In this document: piece after piece, positions 36,383-49,159 of the stretch
Numbering within the stretch: the first letter of the stretch is position 1
How the letters are laid out: each line of letters starts with the position of its first letter
Assembly (NCBI RefSeq): GCF_000315625.1
Contig: NW_005434654.1
Location: 556,632-620,631, forward strand
Reading direction: 5' to 3'
Source of the DNA: Guillardia theta CCMP2712
Lineage: Eukaryota > Protista > Cryptophyta
DNA: 64,000 nt
Notes under the pieces: generated by a model
Seen by the model: only the letters and a program-made list of their open reading frames with translations
What the model was told of the DNA's origin: nothing
The model's database searches: none
Position numbers and translations under genes: made by a program

Positions 36383-39300
36383 ATCATTCTCAACCTGCGG
36401 CTGGCTGTGCTTCGCCTGAAGCCCTTCCACCATCGTCTGCAGCCTGTCGAGGCGGACAAGGATGGAGGAGGCCGTGGAGCAAGAGCAAGAGCAGGGGCAG
36501 CAGGAAGGCAAGCAAGAACGTCTGCGGGGGCTGCTCTCAAGCGGGAGGTCTCGATGTTGGTTGAGAGAGTTATCTATCTTGGAGCGATTGCTCCTTGCTG
36601 ACATACTGGTGGGCGAGAGAGAAGGCGAATTGAAACCTGCTGATCGAGTGAGGAGAGTCGGGATGAGGGACGGAGATCAGATGAAGCAAAAAAGAGGAGG
36701 CGATGAAGTACAGCACTGACGAGACGAGAGGAGACTGACGAAGACAAGGCGATGAAGCCCAGAAGAGACACAAGGAGAGAAGGTGAGGGGAAATCAGGAT
36801 GTGCGACCTTTCTGGCTCCTTGACATCACGAAGAGTTTCCTAGTCTGAATTTCTTTGATCTTGTTGTAGATGTGATCGCATCTGTGCTGTGACTTCTCCC
36901 CTGCAGCCTCTCTTCACTTCCTGCTCTCATCTCGTGCTCTCTCGCTCACTTGCATATCGTTTGACGATCGCTGAATCCAGCCACCTCTGCTTCGTGATCG
37001 CCTGCCGCTCATGTGAGAACCCACAAGCTCACAGCCCTGGCACAACAAGTCGCTTGATCGCCTCATAGACATCCGGGAAGTGAGGTCGGATGTGGTTGTA
37101 GAAGTCGTCTCGCCTGGTCGCAGATATCGAGAACAGCAGCAGAGCTTGAATCTCTCACCTCAGGGACAAGACTTCACTGTCGATTTTCGCCTTGACAGTA
37201 GAAGTTCGACACGTTGAGATGTCAGGGAACAAAGAGATTTCGCCCAGATATTCTCCTTTCCCGAGCTGACAGGCACCATCACACAAGGCAAAGCAGTGAA
37301 TCGCAAGCAAACTTCACCTTGGCAAGGACTTTGTTGTCTTCCACATTCCAAGCTTCGAACTCTCCTTCTACGACGAAGTACATCTCCTTGTCATTTTATC
37401 ACAAACTATTCAATCATCCCGAGATGTGATTTACGAATCCAACGTCCAGGGCTCGGAAGAGAATCTCATCTTTCTGTACGAAGATCGGCGTCAGGTACTC
37501 TGCCATGAAACACCTTCAAGGACTGTCATTCCACGAGATTATGAGCCGTAACGCCTGCCTGCAATCGTAATCCATGTCGACAAAGAAAGGATGTTTGTCT
37601 AGAGTTCCCTTCATAATCTGTCGAACATTTCAGCTGATTCGTCTGATATCTCTCGATTCACGTATTCGATGATCATTTGTCTAGTTCGATCAGGAAGACT
37701 GTTCAAGCATCTGCTCGTAAACTTGTAAAGAAATTCCTCGTTTTCTTGGTGACATACGGATGAACAAGATGTTGTGCTGACTTGGCGGTGTGCATCAGAT
37801 GTTGCTTAGCTCGTATCTCAAGGTTTCTTGGAAGGTTCTTGAGGCTGCATGGACCATATCATCGTCAAGAAAGCTTCATCGACTTCAACCGGAAGAAGTC
37901 TTGTATCGTTCTCAGCTCACTCTCTATGTGAGTCTCGGTAAGGTTTCTCTGACTGACCTGCGACATGTCTCAATTACAAGTCTCTCGTTCCTGGCACCCA
38001 AAATCACCAGCGAGGAGATGCTTCCAATACAGAACGCGAACACAATGGCTCCGCAGAGGGTCAGGAAGATGGCGCAAGCTCGCTCCTATCACACGTGGCG
38101 TCCTGACAATGACTTGGAAGGACTTCAAGCAGACTTACCGCATCTCTGCGTGATGGCGCATGTCATACACAGTCGGCACAGGAACGACTCTCACCTTACG
38201 GGCACTACATCTCCATAACCCACCTGCACGTCCACGTTCAGACTGGCTCTCTAGTTTCACAGGCCCTCCTCCGCTCTCACCGTCGTCAGCGTCACAGTAG
38301 CGAAGTAGATAGAGACCAAATAGCGAGGGAAGAGTTCTGAATCCGTCGCGATCGACTCATACATGTGAAGATCATAGGCTGCTAGCCAGTTGTTTGGGTA
38401 ACATCCACCGGCATCGCAAATGCAGTCCTGCTGATTCTGAGCAATTTTTGAAGGAGGATGAACATCATCGAGTTCTGTACCTTAGAAGTTTGAGACGGAT
38501 TCACATTGCAAACGTCTATGATTGCCATGAGCATCCAGAGACATCCACAAAGATGCATCTTCAGTTGGAAAGTCACAAGACGCTAGTATCTCCCACGACT
38601 ACAATCACAAACCGAGAACAGCATCAGCATGCAGAACTTGAACAAGCGGATGATGGTCAAGAAAATTTTCGAGGTGATAGATAGCTCCCAATTACTCAAA
38701 ATTCGTTTCACCCTGGATTTGCCCATCACAAACAGCAACAGATTGCAGCTGGCAAATTCTAACAAGCAATTGCTACCTCACAAAACGAACAATCTTGATC
38801 AGACGGATAACCTTGACAACTCGAAGAAAGCCAGGATTTGATTCGCTGCCACCAGCCTAGACAAACATATCATCATGTACAGAAGCAAAGTCTTGTATTC
38901 TACGCAGAGAAAGCTGTCAATAGGCAAACTCGTCAAGAAATCCAGAAGAAACCATGATTTCAAGTAGTGCATGGCTATGTCCATTCGATTCTTCACCAAA
39001 AACTGTTCGAGCGAAATTGTCAGAAAACTCATTTGACTGATCATGATGTACGTACTGCTTCGCTGTCGAGATATGAAGTGTTGAAGTTCACTACAACATC
39101 CAGCATGAAGCAGATGTCCACGACCTATGACGTCTTCAACAATCGAAAACATTTCAACAACTCAAGTCAAAGTCGCAAGCTCACCAAATTTATTACCATG
39201 ATCCAGTCCCAGGTGCCTGCACCCTATTAGCCTACCCGCTGTCGAAAAAACAATAGCATCTATATCGCTTACACCATGATTGATCGCTATTCTGTCCATT

Positions 39301-39563
39301 TCTCACGAAAACCAGTGTGAAAGGTACCTCAAAGATAGTCCAAACAATCAATATGATGCTTACGACTTGCCAGGAAATCTGTGGAACAAGCGATAAGTGC
39401 TCGTATCTTTAGCGCATTCGAGTACCAGCAATGATGAATCAGGGTATAGGAGAAACCTCTGGCTTCGATGCTTCTGTGCAACTCTCTCACGAGCTCGCTT
39501 GGCAAGGACGCGTAGCCTGAAGGCAACATTTGGGCTGATGAAGACTACCTCCCCCGCGTCCAT
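36365..39563 (-). CDS. Cyclic-nucleotide-binding-domain cation channel (KCNH/HCN/CNG-like), many short exons
   Basis: HYLKSWFLLDFLTSLPID, YFATVTLTT-VGYGDVVP selectivity filter, C-linker and CNBD-like C-terminal region; 3' end approximate. Confidence 0.85.
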
Positions 39564-39818
39564 GCTTGACAGCTGGCTTGTCAGTTGGCAACGGGCTTGA
39601 GGCTAGCTGAGGGGATCAGGCCGAGGGGATCAGAGCTCGTGAACGAGGAGCTCGCATGTTGATCAGGCCCATCAAGGTAACAAGTGCCCCCAACAAGTGT
39701 TTTAAAAGTGGAGGAATATGGTAGTAAAGAGCCATGTCCAGACTTTTAAACTTTATCCCAAACTTTTGTAGGGTAAAGTTTCAAGGGCTGAAAGTTTGTG
39801 AAGTTGTGTTCCTGTGCC

Positions 39819-40863
39819 ATGCAGGAGGTTTTCGACGATGTTGACGGAGCAGGTTCACGAAGGCGGCATGGCGGGAGAAGGCAGGACGATAAGGAGATGA
39901 GATCCAACTTAGGGAGAAATCACAAGGAGCATGTTGAGACTCCCAGAAAGAATGCAGCAAACGCCGTGATTGCGCTGTTGGTACTTGTTGTGTCTGGTTT
40001 GGTCGTCGGGATTCAATTCTTTCGATTCGAAGACAAGGCGAACACATGGTTAGAAAAGCAAAAAGAAAACCAGGGGCAATTGCTCTTTACGAAAGAAATT
40101 CTCAGAGACTTTGATGGTTCTGTCGAGGGTCGTCCCATTGTCGTCTGTATTGTTGGAAGCTGCTACAATGTCTCTGCCGGAGCGCGATTCTATAGCAAAG
40201 GAATGCACTACGCTTGTTTTGCTGGCAATGATGGAAGCAGAGCATACGTGACAGGAAAATTCGACAAGGAGGGATGTATCGACGATCTTGAAGGATTGAA
40301 ACCTGGAGAGCTGATCACTGTTGATGGCTGGTTGAAATTTTATCAAAACCAAACGAAGTACAATTACATGGGGAAGCTCATTGGACGATATTATGACAGC
40401 ACCGGCGAAGAAACAGAAGAGGTATGGTCATGAAGATCTCCCCGTCTAGTTGAAGTGGTTGTCACTTGTCTGTTGCAGCTCAAGACTTTCCACAAGCTCG
40501 TGGCACAGGCTCGGCACGATGAGATCTTCATGAAGAAGCTTCCAGGTCGCTGACAACGCCCCGGCTCTCTCACTGATCCATGTTCAACGTAGCATGCAAT
40601 GTCCACCTGTTTCCTGGCGAGGGAACCAGGATATGGTGCAGCTCGGACAGCGGTGGACTAGAGCGGCACTGGATCGGATTGCCGCGAATGGAAAAAGATG
40701 TAGGATGTGCATTGTTTCTACAGGGACATCTGGCTGATTGAAATTTGATCAGGAGGATACTGGTGAAGACAGATGCGTCTGCGTGCCTCCCGAAAGGCTC
40801 AACGAGAATGGATTCAGAATCCTCCCCAACTGCACGGAAGAGAATCAATGTTATCAGAACTAG
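39819..40863 (+). CDS. Cytochrome b5-like heme/steroid-binding protein (neuferricin / CYB5D2-like)
   Basis: TM anchor then LFTKEILRDFDGS...CIVGSCYNVSAGARFY...YACFAGNDGSRAYVTGKF...WLKFY..KYNYMGKLIGRYYD; Cys-rich tail CN...GTRIWC...GLPR...RCVCV. Confidence 0.88.
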
Positions 40864-42255
40864 TGACCCTTGGACAGGAACAGGGGCTCGGACCCATGGG
40901 CTCTCCACTGTGACACAACTGAAGAAGCCCTGTATCGTAAAGAATATTGTTTGTTTTGTTGTTGCAGTGTGAATCACTTGGCTTGAGTTCTATGACCGGT
41001 GCTCGGAGGCTGTTACCGTACACTCTCAGGCTCCGATTCCGAGGCCAAGCCGGGCCGGGCCGCGGACGTGCAGCGGTGGCAAGTCACGCATTCAAGTTGG
41101 GCGGTTACCAATAACCACACTACTCTTTACTACTCAATCCATGGAATGCATTTACTCAAAGTTAAGTTAAAAAATCTGTACGAGGAATGGATATACTAGG
41201 CTACCCGGTACGTGACTTCCGACTCGAGTCCGGGGCCGCTCAGGAGGCGGGCCCGGAACCTCCGACGGCGAGCGAGGCCGCTGTGACGGGATTGCCCCGA
41301 AAATGAGATGATCGGATGACCGTTATTTTCTTGCCAGGAGTCGCGTGACGGTACGGTACCGTCCGACGGGTCACAAGTAGTAGTACGGCTGGCCGCCGCC
41401 GTACGGTACTACGGTACCGGGGGCCAGCCGCTGAGCCGCCAGCCGCGCCGTACGGCCCGGTACAGTGAGGCCCTGCACGTGACTACCAGACGGCCGCAAG
41501 ATCTTCCGAGGCTGAAGTTCGACTCTCACAGTGCCGACTGAAAACGACTGGTACAAATGATTGCCAAGGGTAGTACGGGGAAGCCTATTCAACCGTTGCT
41601 GTGTACCGTACTGGGAACTAAAAGTGATCTCTGACTCTTCCCCACTCCACTTTAGAGGTGACGGTACTGGTACACTGTGACCCCCAATTGAACGGGTCCC
41701 TTAAGAATGACCGTTGCCCCTCCGACCACCCGTTCGGTCAGCTTGAAAAGAGGGAAGCGATGCCCCCACGGGTACTACGGTCAAGTTGGCAGTCAACCGG
41801 ATACGGTGCTAAAGTGGGCCACCCCCACCCCACCCTTCATAGTGGCGCCCGACTCATTTCCCTGGGTCTTACAACGATCAGACTCGGTAAAATAAACCCA
41901 GGGAAGCCGGTTACCACCCCACCCCTGATGATATCAGGTTGACTTGGATATCGTACCCGGTTGCTGCTGGTTGAGGGTGGGGTGGTCAGGGTGGTATCAG
42001 TTGACAGTGAGCCCTGCGAAGCACTGATGAAGTTGACAGCACACTGGGGTGGGTGAGGGTGACCCTACCTACTGCAACTTGGGGAAAAACGGGGGTGGCT
42101 CTGCGGACATTATCGTAATTCGTGGATGCCCCGGTGCGGACCGGGTACTTGCACGGGGAAACGGTGGGGTACGATGAGGGTGGGGCACGGTGGGGAGTAT
42201 ATATAGCCCTCGCTCAACGTGGCGGACCTCGTGTCGTCTGCACGTTGCGTCAGGG

Positions 42256-44330
42256 ATGTCTCTCATCGCCGGCGAGCAGCTGGATGAAAACATCGACAAG
42301 ATCCTGGAGAAGGCGAAGCCTGGCGCCACCTTCCAGCTCTCCACACAGAAGCAGTCTGCCCAGTGCTTCTTGTCCAGCTCCATCACAATATGGATGCCCA
42401 ATGACACGGGCAAGAGAATCCTGGTGACTTGGGCGGACTTCTCTGGCAACTTTGTTCCATTGGCAGAGTTGCAGCCCCAGCAAATGGTTGAGATTCGAAC
42501 CTTTCCCGGTCAGCAATGGGTTTTCTTTGAGGTGTTCACCGGGGAAATTCAACTCATGGCGTCTGTGAGCTTCTCGACCAGCGGGTACCTGTCGTTGTCC
42601 AAGGTGATCTCCGAGTTCGATGCTTCCTTGCAAGGGTCTGCTGCCAACTCAGAGGAAGAGCTTGCCTACAAGCTGTACGGAGACAAGTTGAACCTGAGGG
42701 AGGAGTATTGCGATGCAAGAATGAAGGAGAAGATTGTCACGTTCAACATTCATGATTCCACTCGCATTGCGATACAGAAGAAGAAAACTATTCGCGAGCC
42801 CTACGCTGTCTCTCTTCTGAGATCCAAGCAAGAGTTTGCAAATAATGCGGCGATGGCAAAAATGTTCGAACAAGATTCTACCTCGAAAGGTCCGTATGGA
42901 GAGACCAAATTAGCCGTTGCTGGCGATCTTGTGACATCGCGAGCAGGCGAAACTCGAACAGGAGGCATCTATGAAAGCAGTGACATCGACAGGCCTGTTG
43001 CTTTCACAACCAACTACAAGATTGTGTCTTCCTTCAAGAACAAGATGTCGCAATCCATGTACTTCGGATTCAAGTGGTCTGTCGACATTTTCAACTTCAT
43101 CAATAATGAAACACTTGCCTGGTTTGGCCTCAAGAATGAAATGCTTTTCCTCGGAGTCTCATTTCATCTTCTCTTCTTGGGAATGATGTGGGCTGTTGCT
43201 GTGCTTCAAGCCAGAGCTATCAAGGATCGTGAAACACAAGGACTGGACATGAAGATCAACAACAAGTCAGTTAACGCTTTCTTGTTTGCCTTGACCTGAC
43301 TTGTTTGTTCCTGTAGTCTCCGCAAGGCTATCATCATCAACATCCTTGGTGCCATATTGGCAGGACCACTTGCCGTATGGAATTTGCGTCCCGTCAGGCC
43401 AGGAGGCGGCAGGTTGACTAAGCGTACCATGTGGAAGAGATGCTTGTTCACCGGAGAGGTCTCGCTCACATGGCAGAAGGTTGTCTTCTGGGTCACCTTC
43501 GTCGCTTGGATCATCTCTCTCGCTGGCTTGGGCTCACACTTGCATTGTGCCGTCAAGACTGGATTCCAGCCACCCGACCCATGCACCACAGGCGCAAGCG
43601 CAGACCCAAAGCCTCCTACATGTAACATCCTCGAAAAAGCGATGTGCTGTGATAATTCGTACAAAGCTAGCAAATTCGCAGCGGTAGTGGCAACATGACC
43701 CAACGTTTTCTGCTTGATCTGACGTTGATGGCAGAAAAAAGCCGAGTGCCCTGAACCGGAAACGTTCCCAGACGTGTGCGACATGAAGGTCAGAATATCT
43801 TGCATCGGCGGATGGCTCCTTCCGTCCATCTCTGCTGTGCTGTAAGTTCTTGGAGCATGCTGGCGGCAAGTGCTGACTAACTGTGATGCAGGGAATCGCT
43901 CGTCGCCTTGTTCCTCTTGATGTGGTGGCGTCCTGCGGGCTTCCTGTACGGCGCATCTGCCAGCGGAGAGTCCAAAAATGTCTTCACTCAGACTAGACGC
44001 ATCGCCAATCACATCGTTCAAGGCTTCTTCTCCGTGTGGGATGTGACCGTCTTCGGGGTCGGACCAGCCTTCCCTGTCTCGGTCGTCGTGTCCGAGGGTC
44101 AGGCGGAGAGCTTAGCAGAAAACTTCATGCGTCTCCGCGAGTCAGTCATCCTCGAACAGGCCAAGGAGCATTGCCGCGCCTGTGCGCACAAGTCGTCATG
44201 GCGGATGTTGGGTAACACGGGCCACACCTGCCAGGCTGAATCCGCAGACCAGAAGATGGCCCCGCGCGGACGAGGAGAGTGGAGGTACAGCGGGGTGTGG
44301 TGGAGGTGGCACGTTAACAGGGATTTGTGA
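42256..44330 (+). CDS. VHL beta-domain-containing multi-pass membrane protein (multi-exon; 3' end uncertain, 44330-44433)
   Basis: ITIWMPNDTGKRILVTWADFSGNFVPLAELQPQQMVEIRTFPGQQWVF resembles the pVHL beta domain; several hydrophobic helices and a Cys-rich loop follow. Confidence 0.6.
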
Positions 44331-44378
44331 TGGATTGAATATGCCTCGTACAAATAAAGAAATTCTTCTCTTTGATCT

Positions 44379-46153
44379 TTACATCGTACTCACAAGACCA
44401 TCACGGTGGTTCTTGTTCTTGTACCAAGATTGACCTTCCTTCACTTTCACCTCATCACGTTTTGTGAAAACTCGTATTCGGCCGTGCGAAAACCTCTCCT
44501 GTGGAATTCACGATGATGGCGCTCTTGGACAACCTCTCGATCTCTCGTTCCAGTATCTCCATCTGCCTCTCGCATTCCTCCTTCTTGTGCACCTGGAATC
44601 AAAGTCGTCAGTCACATCACCGAGTGACAGCAACTGCCTTTCCTTGACCCTCGTGTCGAGGTTGAACAGAGACAAGGTAAACCGCTGGTATTCTCTGTTG
44701 ATCGCCTCCCACTGCTTCTTCATGTTCTCAATAAGTTGACGCTTCACCACCTTGTCGCAGCATGTCAGCAACCATCTCGTCCTCTTTGTCCACCTCAGCG
44801 AGGCAAACGGCTCACATCTGGAAGGAAGGAGAGTTGTTCCCCTGGAGAGTTGTTCCCCTGGAGAGTTGTTCCCCTGGAGAGGTCTGCTGTTTTGCGGAGA
44901 TCCGTCCTTGCGAGGGATACAGACGTCTTGTCTATGTGAGAGGCCCCGAGTGAAGTCTTGGGTCGTGCAGGCATCGTTGCAGACAAGTTCGAAGCCATTC
45001 CCGGGTGCTCTCCCAGCTGGGACTTGCTGCGGATCGACCCTGTCATCCTCTGGATCTTCTTCAACCTCTTCACTCTCCGCCTGTCCTCCAGCTTGGCTCC
45101 ATTGAGGATCGCCTCGAAGTCTGACCTCCTCTCCTCCTGCAGTCTCTGCCAGTCGGGGTCAGCCTCCGACGGGCTGTCCTTGGGCCGCTTGCTCCTGGAC
45201 TTCTTGAGGGTACCGGAAAGGAACTTGATGTCTCCCATCAGGCAATCCACCTGGTTGCTCAGGACGAAGTTAGGCGGGGCCGTCCTCCTCGGCATCAGGA
45301 AGCCCTTGTCGCCCCGTCCTGGAGGCCTCGGCAGCCTCGAGTCTTCGTCAGGGTAGTGGAACCTCTGGGGTGCGGCGAGGTCGCCCGTTTTCTCTCGACT
45401 GCGGAGGAACTGCGTCGGAGAGTTCCTGTAGGACCCCAGAGACCTGCCGAGGAAGCCGAAGCTCCTCCTCTCTATCCCCATCGTCTTCCTCCCATCGATG
45501 TTCGAGACGATCATGGACGTGTTGTGCAGACCCATCGTCCCTCCCGTCGGGAGGAGACGGGGGTCGTGCTTCGACCTGTAGTGGCTTCCGCTCCGGTACA
45601 GGTCCCCCTTCTTCCTCGGGGTGGGCAGCTTCACGTTCAGCCCGGCCGCACTCCCTGGCCACGCCCTTGCCACTTGCTCGTCTCCCACCAGCACCTGCCA
45701 AGGGATCCTGTAGGGAGCAGCACGAGGAGGCTGGTAGTTGTGGGAGTTGACCAGAGGGCCGTTCATGTTGGCTCCTCCGCAGACCTGAAACATCCTCAGG
45801 GTCTCCCATCGCTGCATTGCGGCACATCTCAACCTGGCGGGAGAAAAGCGGGCCATTGATCCCTCTAGGCTCCTCTGTTGCGTCCACTCTAGTGTAGCAC
45901 TGCTGGCTGTGCTCAGCGTTGGAGCGGTCAGGAAGGGCTCTCCCTGCCGTCGCATTCTCCTTAGCCCTCTCTTGCGGCATGTCTTCCCGCCACTCCCTCG
46001 CGTCTTCAGCCTTGTTCTGAGCCCTTGACCGACTTCACGTGGCGTCCTGCTTCCTGCAGTTAGAAACCATCGCCTGCTGCTCTCTTCCACCAATGCCACC
46101 TCCTCTGCTGTTCGACTCTCTTCCCTGCTCCTCCTGTTACGCCTCCTCCTCAC
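44379..46153 (-). CDS. ENKUR: Enkurin-like flagellar protein (multi-exon; start uncertain, Met at ~45767 possible)
   Basis: YRSKHDP...GGTMG...SPTQFLRSREK...RPP N-terminal pattern and C-terminal LIENMKKQWEAINREYQRFTL..DTRVK-VHKKEECERQMEILEREIERLSK enkurin domain. Confidence 0.72.
44831..44878 (+). repeat. 16-bp tandem repeat (GAGTTGTTCCCCTGGA) x3
   Basis: Three perfect units, probably in an enkurin intron. Confidence 0.9.
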
Positions 46154-46317
46154 CTTGCGAGTCTTCTGCCATCGCTCGTTGCCTTCTCCTCGCGCTCAAA
46201 CCGCCGCCATGATCGGGCCGTTATTAGTCCCTTTTAGTCTTTCGGTCCGGCAACTTTTCCGGGTAGGTTTGCCAGGAGGGTCAAGCCTGGGCTGGATCAA
46301 GAATGCTGTAGGTAAGG

Positions 46318-46500
46318 AGCTGCTCCTGACCATGTCACATGTCAAGTAGCTGCTCCTGACCATGTCACATGTCAAGTAGCTGCTCCTGACCATGTCACAT
46401 GTCAAGTAGCTGCTCCTGACCATGTCACATGTCAAGTAGCTGCTCCTGACCATGTCACATGTCAAGTAGCTCCAGTAGCTGCTCCTGTCCCATGTTACAT
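46318..46500 (+). repeat. 30-bp tandem repeat (TGCTCCTGACCATGTCACATGTCAAGTAGC) x5 plus a degenerate copy
   Basis: Perfect units from 46321 to 46470, no spacers. Confidence 0.95.
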
Positions 46501-46505
46501 CTACT

Positions 46506-48524
46506 TCAGCCCTCTTGGATCCTCATGACAGCGGCTGTGACCTCATCGCTCAGAACTTCTCTTGTTCGTTCCGGGTATTGCTGGAAGAAAATCAGCAGTT
46601 GTTGCTAGTGACGAGTTAGAGGAGGAGGAGAGGAAGCAGGTTAAGACTTGATCCTTGAGCTGGGGGGCAACTTCTTTAGAGGCAAATTTGGTCGTTGCCG
46701 AGATGGTTGTAAGAATGAAATCATCAAATCTTCAACGACAAGATGAAATTGCTCGAAACAACATTCGCGGCTCACACTTGCAGCCAACCAGACCTTGTGT
46801 CATTGAACGGGTGATGTGCATTACTCCGCCCCGATTCGCGCACATCAGGTGTTTGTCTGTTCCTCCAGGTCGAGACATGTGAACAAATGAAGCGCTACAA
46901 TCATCAGAGGATCCTTGGCGAGCTTCGGCCTTCACTACTTGACGGAGAGCGACAGGACAGATCGCATCTGAATGCGAGGAAGGGAGAGACATACGATAGT
47001 TTGCCACAAGTACACAGAATCTTATTGGAAACATGTCAAAGATGACTATATGTACACCCCCTCAACGAGAGACACGAGCAATCGCCGCATGGTGCCATCG
47101 CAAGAGCGAGACCCCAGGGATCAAGTCCTCACTGGGTCGAAGCTCACGTCGTTGCCCTCACACGGTCAGCAGGCTGCTGATGCTGTGCTTGGTCGCGACA
47201 CAATTAGAAACTGCCAGGTCCTTCGGGAACGAGAGCTTGTGCATCTGAGTTCCAAACTTGGGCTCCGGGACCGATCTGTTGCTGTGCTCGTCCGAGCAGA
47301 GGAGCATTGACACCGAGTTGACTGAGATATCTCCACGGGGCTCAGTCCCATTTTCCAAGGAGCCATTGCTTGCAGCCCCTGCCTTGCAGCCTCTGTCCTC
47401 CACCTTGACATTGGGAGTAACGAAGTTGGCATGATGAACTTTCTTTCCTGTCTCCTCAAGAACACTGGAAACGACCGCCTGCAGCTCCAACCATCCCCTT
47501 GGATCCTGGCTTGACTGCTGCTCATCTGCTCCTTCCTCCTTCTTGCTTCGCTGAACGGCTACATCTCTTGGGCTCGAAGTTGCTCGAAGTTCTGCCTGCT
47601 TCGCCCGAAGCAACCTATACCTGCAAGAGCGTCAGACTTCTACCATCGTGTAATCACAGTCGTGATCACCTGTATGCCTTGCAGTGTCTGTGAAGTTTGG
47701 TGCAGCTGACTGAATTGCAACAACATTTGCACCTGCGGTTCGACGTCAGCCTGCAAGCACTTGGGCATCATCAAGCTTAACCTGCATCGGGGACACGACC
47801 AGCTCTCACTCCTCTCCCAAATTTCATTTAAGTGAACCCGCAAGCAGTACTCGCAGTATCGGCGATCGCATTGGCTGCAGGACAACATACTGCTCAAGGG
47901 TTAGAGAAAAGGTGGGAGCACATCTACACGAGTACCTGGTGCTCCTTTTGACCTTCACATGCTGACAGAAGTGGCAGTACTTGTTCGAGGATGCACTCTT
48001 CACAGAAGAAGTCAGGACCGCAGGAACATGATAGGATGCATTTCTCTCACCTCGACAGGAGACGGCATCGGGCTCACCAAAGGTGTGCTTGCTTGTGAGA
48101 TGGGAGAGGCCCTCCTGGAGGAGGTCTTCTGATCCATTGCGCTTGATTTCTTCAGATACGCGCAAGTGGAGTTGTCTGACTCGCAATCCGTGATGGAATT
48201 TTTCCGCTCGGTGATCCTTGCCGTTCCTTGCGCATCAGAACTTCTCTTGCGCTCCATTGCTGTAACCTCATCGACCTTGCCCCGCTTGACACGAGGATCT
48301 TTCATGTGGGACGGACACGCTTCATGATCGCTGTTGCTGAATCCATCCAACCTTGATGATGGCTTGCGTTTACGTCCCCCACGCCTGACACTGGGCTGCA
48401 ACATGGCCTCGTTCTGTGGCTTGCCACCCTTCCTCCCGGCTCTGGAGCCCTTCGTGGTCTTGAGCCCTTCTCCAGAGAATAATTGGATGAGCGCCTGCGC
48501 CGCGTTATCATCTTGGATGGTCAT
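46506..48524 (-). CDS. zf-4CXXC_R1 (CDCA7/JMJ-type) zinc-finger nuclear protein (multi-exon)
   Basis: KYCHFCQH...CSQCDRRYCEYCLRVHLNE...WSCPRC-RCKCCCN..C; basic NLS-like N-terminus RRGGRKRK. Confidence 0.72.
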
Positions 48525-49159
48525 TTCTGTACAATCAAGTCAATAATTTACTGGATCAAGGTCAAACTCTTGGCTCTTTGACTAACCTAGGAACTCATAT
48601 TTTGCGAAAACCACAAACTGTACTTATGGTCTCTAACAAACCCTATCTACCTCGACAAGACTCATTCGAGCTCTTAATCAGCATCAACATTCAAACCAAT
48701 ACGCAAATACACCTCAATGACGCAAATCTACATGAAACGAAATATGTACCCTGAGGTTTAGGTCGAAATGCCATGTGGCTACCCTACATGGATGAATCAT
48801 CGTAGTGAACGCAAAGGTTCGCACTGCCATTGCACTTGAACGAATCATCAGTCCCCAAATGTCCAGCCTCATCGCATGTGCCCTATCATCCTCCTTCATC
48901 TATTCTCCATGTACACACACTGATCATGGGTGAAGGATCATCGAAAATTCGTACCCTGCGAGCAAGCTCCTATTGATCCTTCCCCGGCAATGCCCCTCCT
49001 TTGCTTCGACTCTTCATCTCATTACATCGCTATCTCATTTGATCATTTTGCATGTCTCTACAACCTCTCTCCTCCACCACTCGCTTTCTTTCTGCCCTCG
49101 TACAACCATCTCATCATCGCAAGTGTACACAAGTGCTAGTGTCACAAAACCTTGAACTC

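Noticed and set aside
46318-46500. 30-bp repeats as a CRISPR array (also the 28-bp array at 10181 and the 20-bp array at 61053)
   Set aside because: Units are head-to-tail with no unique spacers, there are no cas genes, and the context is eukaryotic
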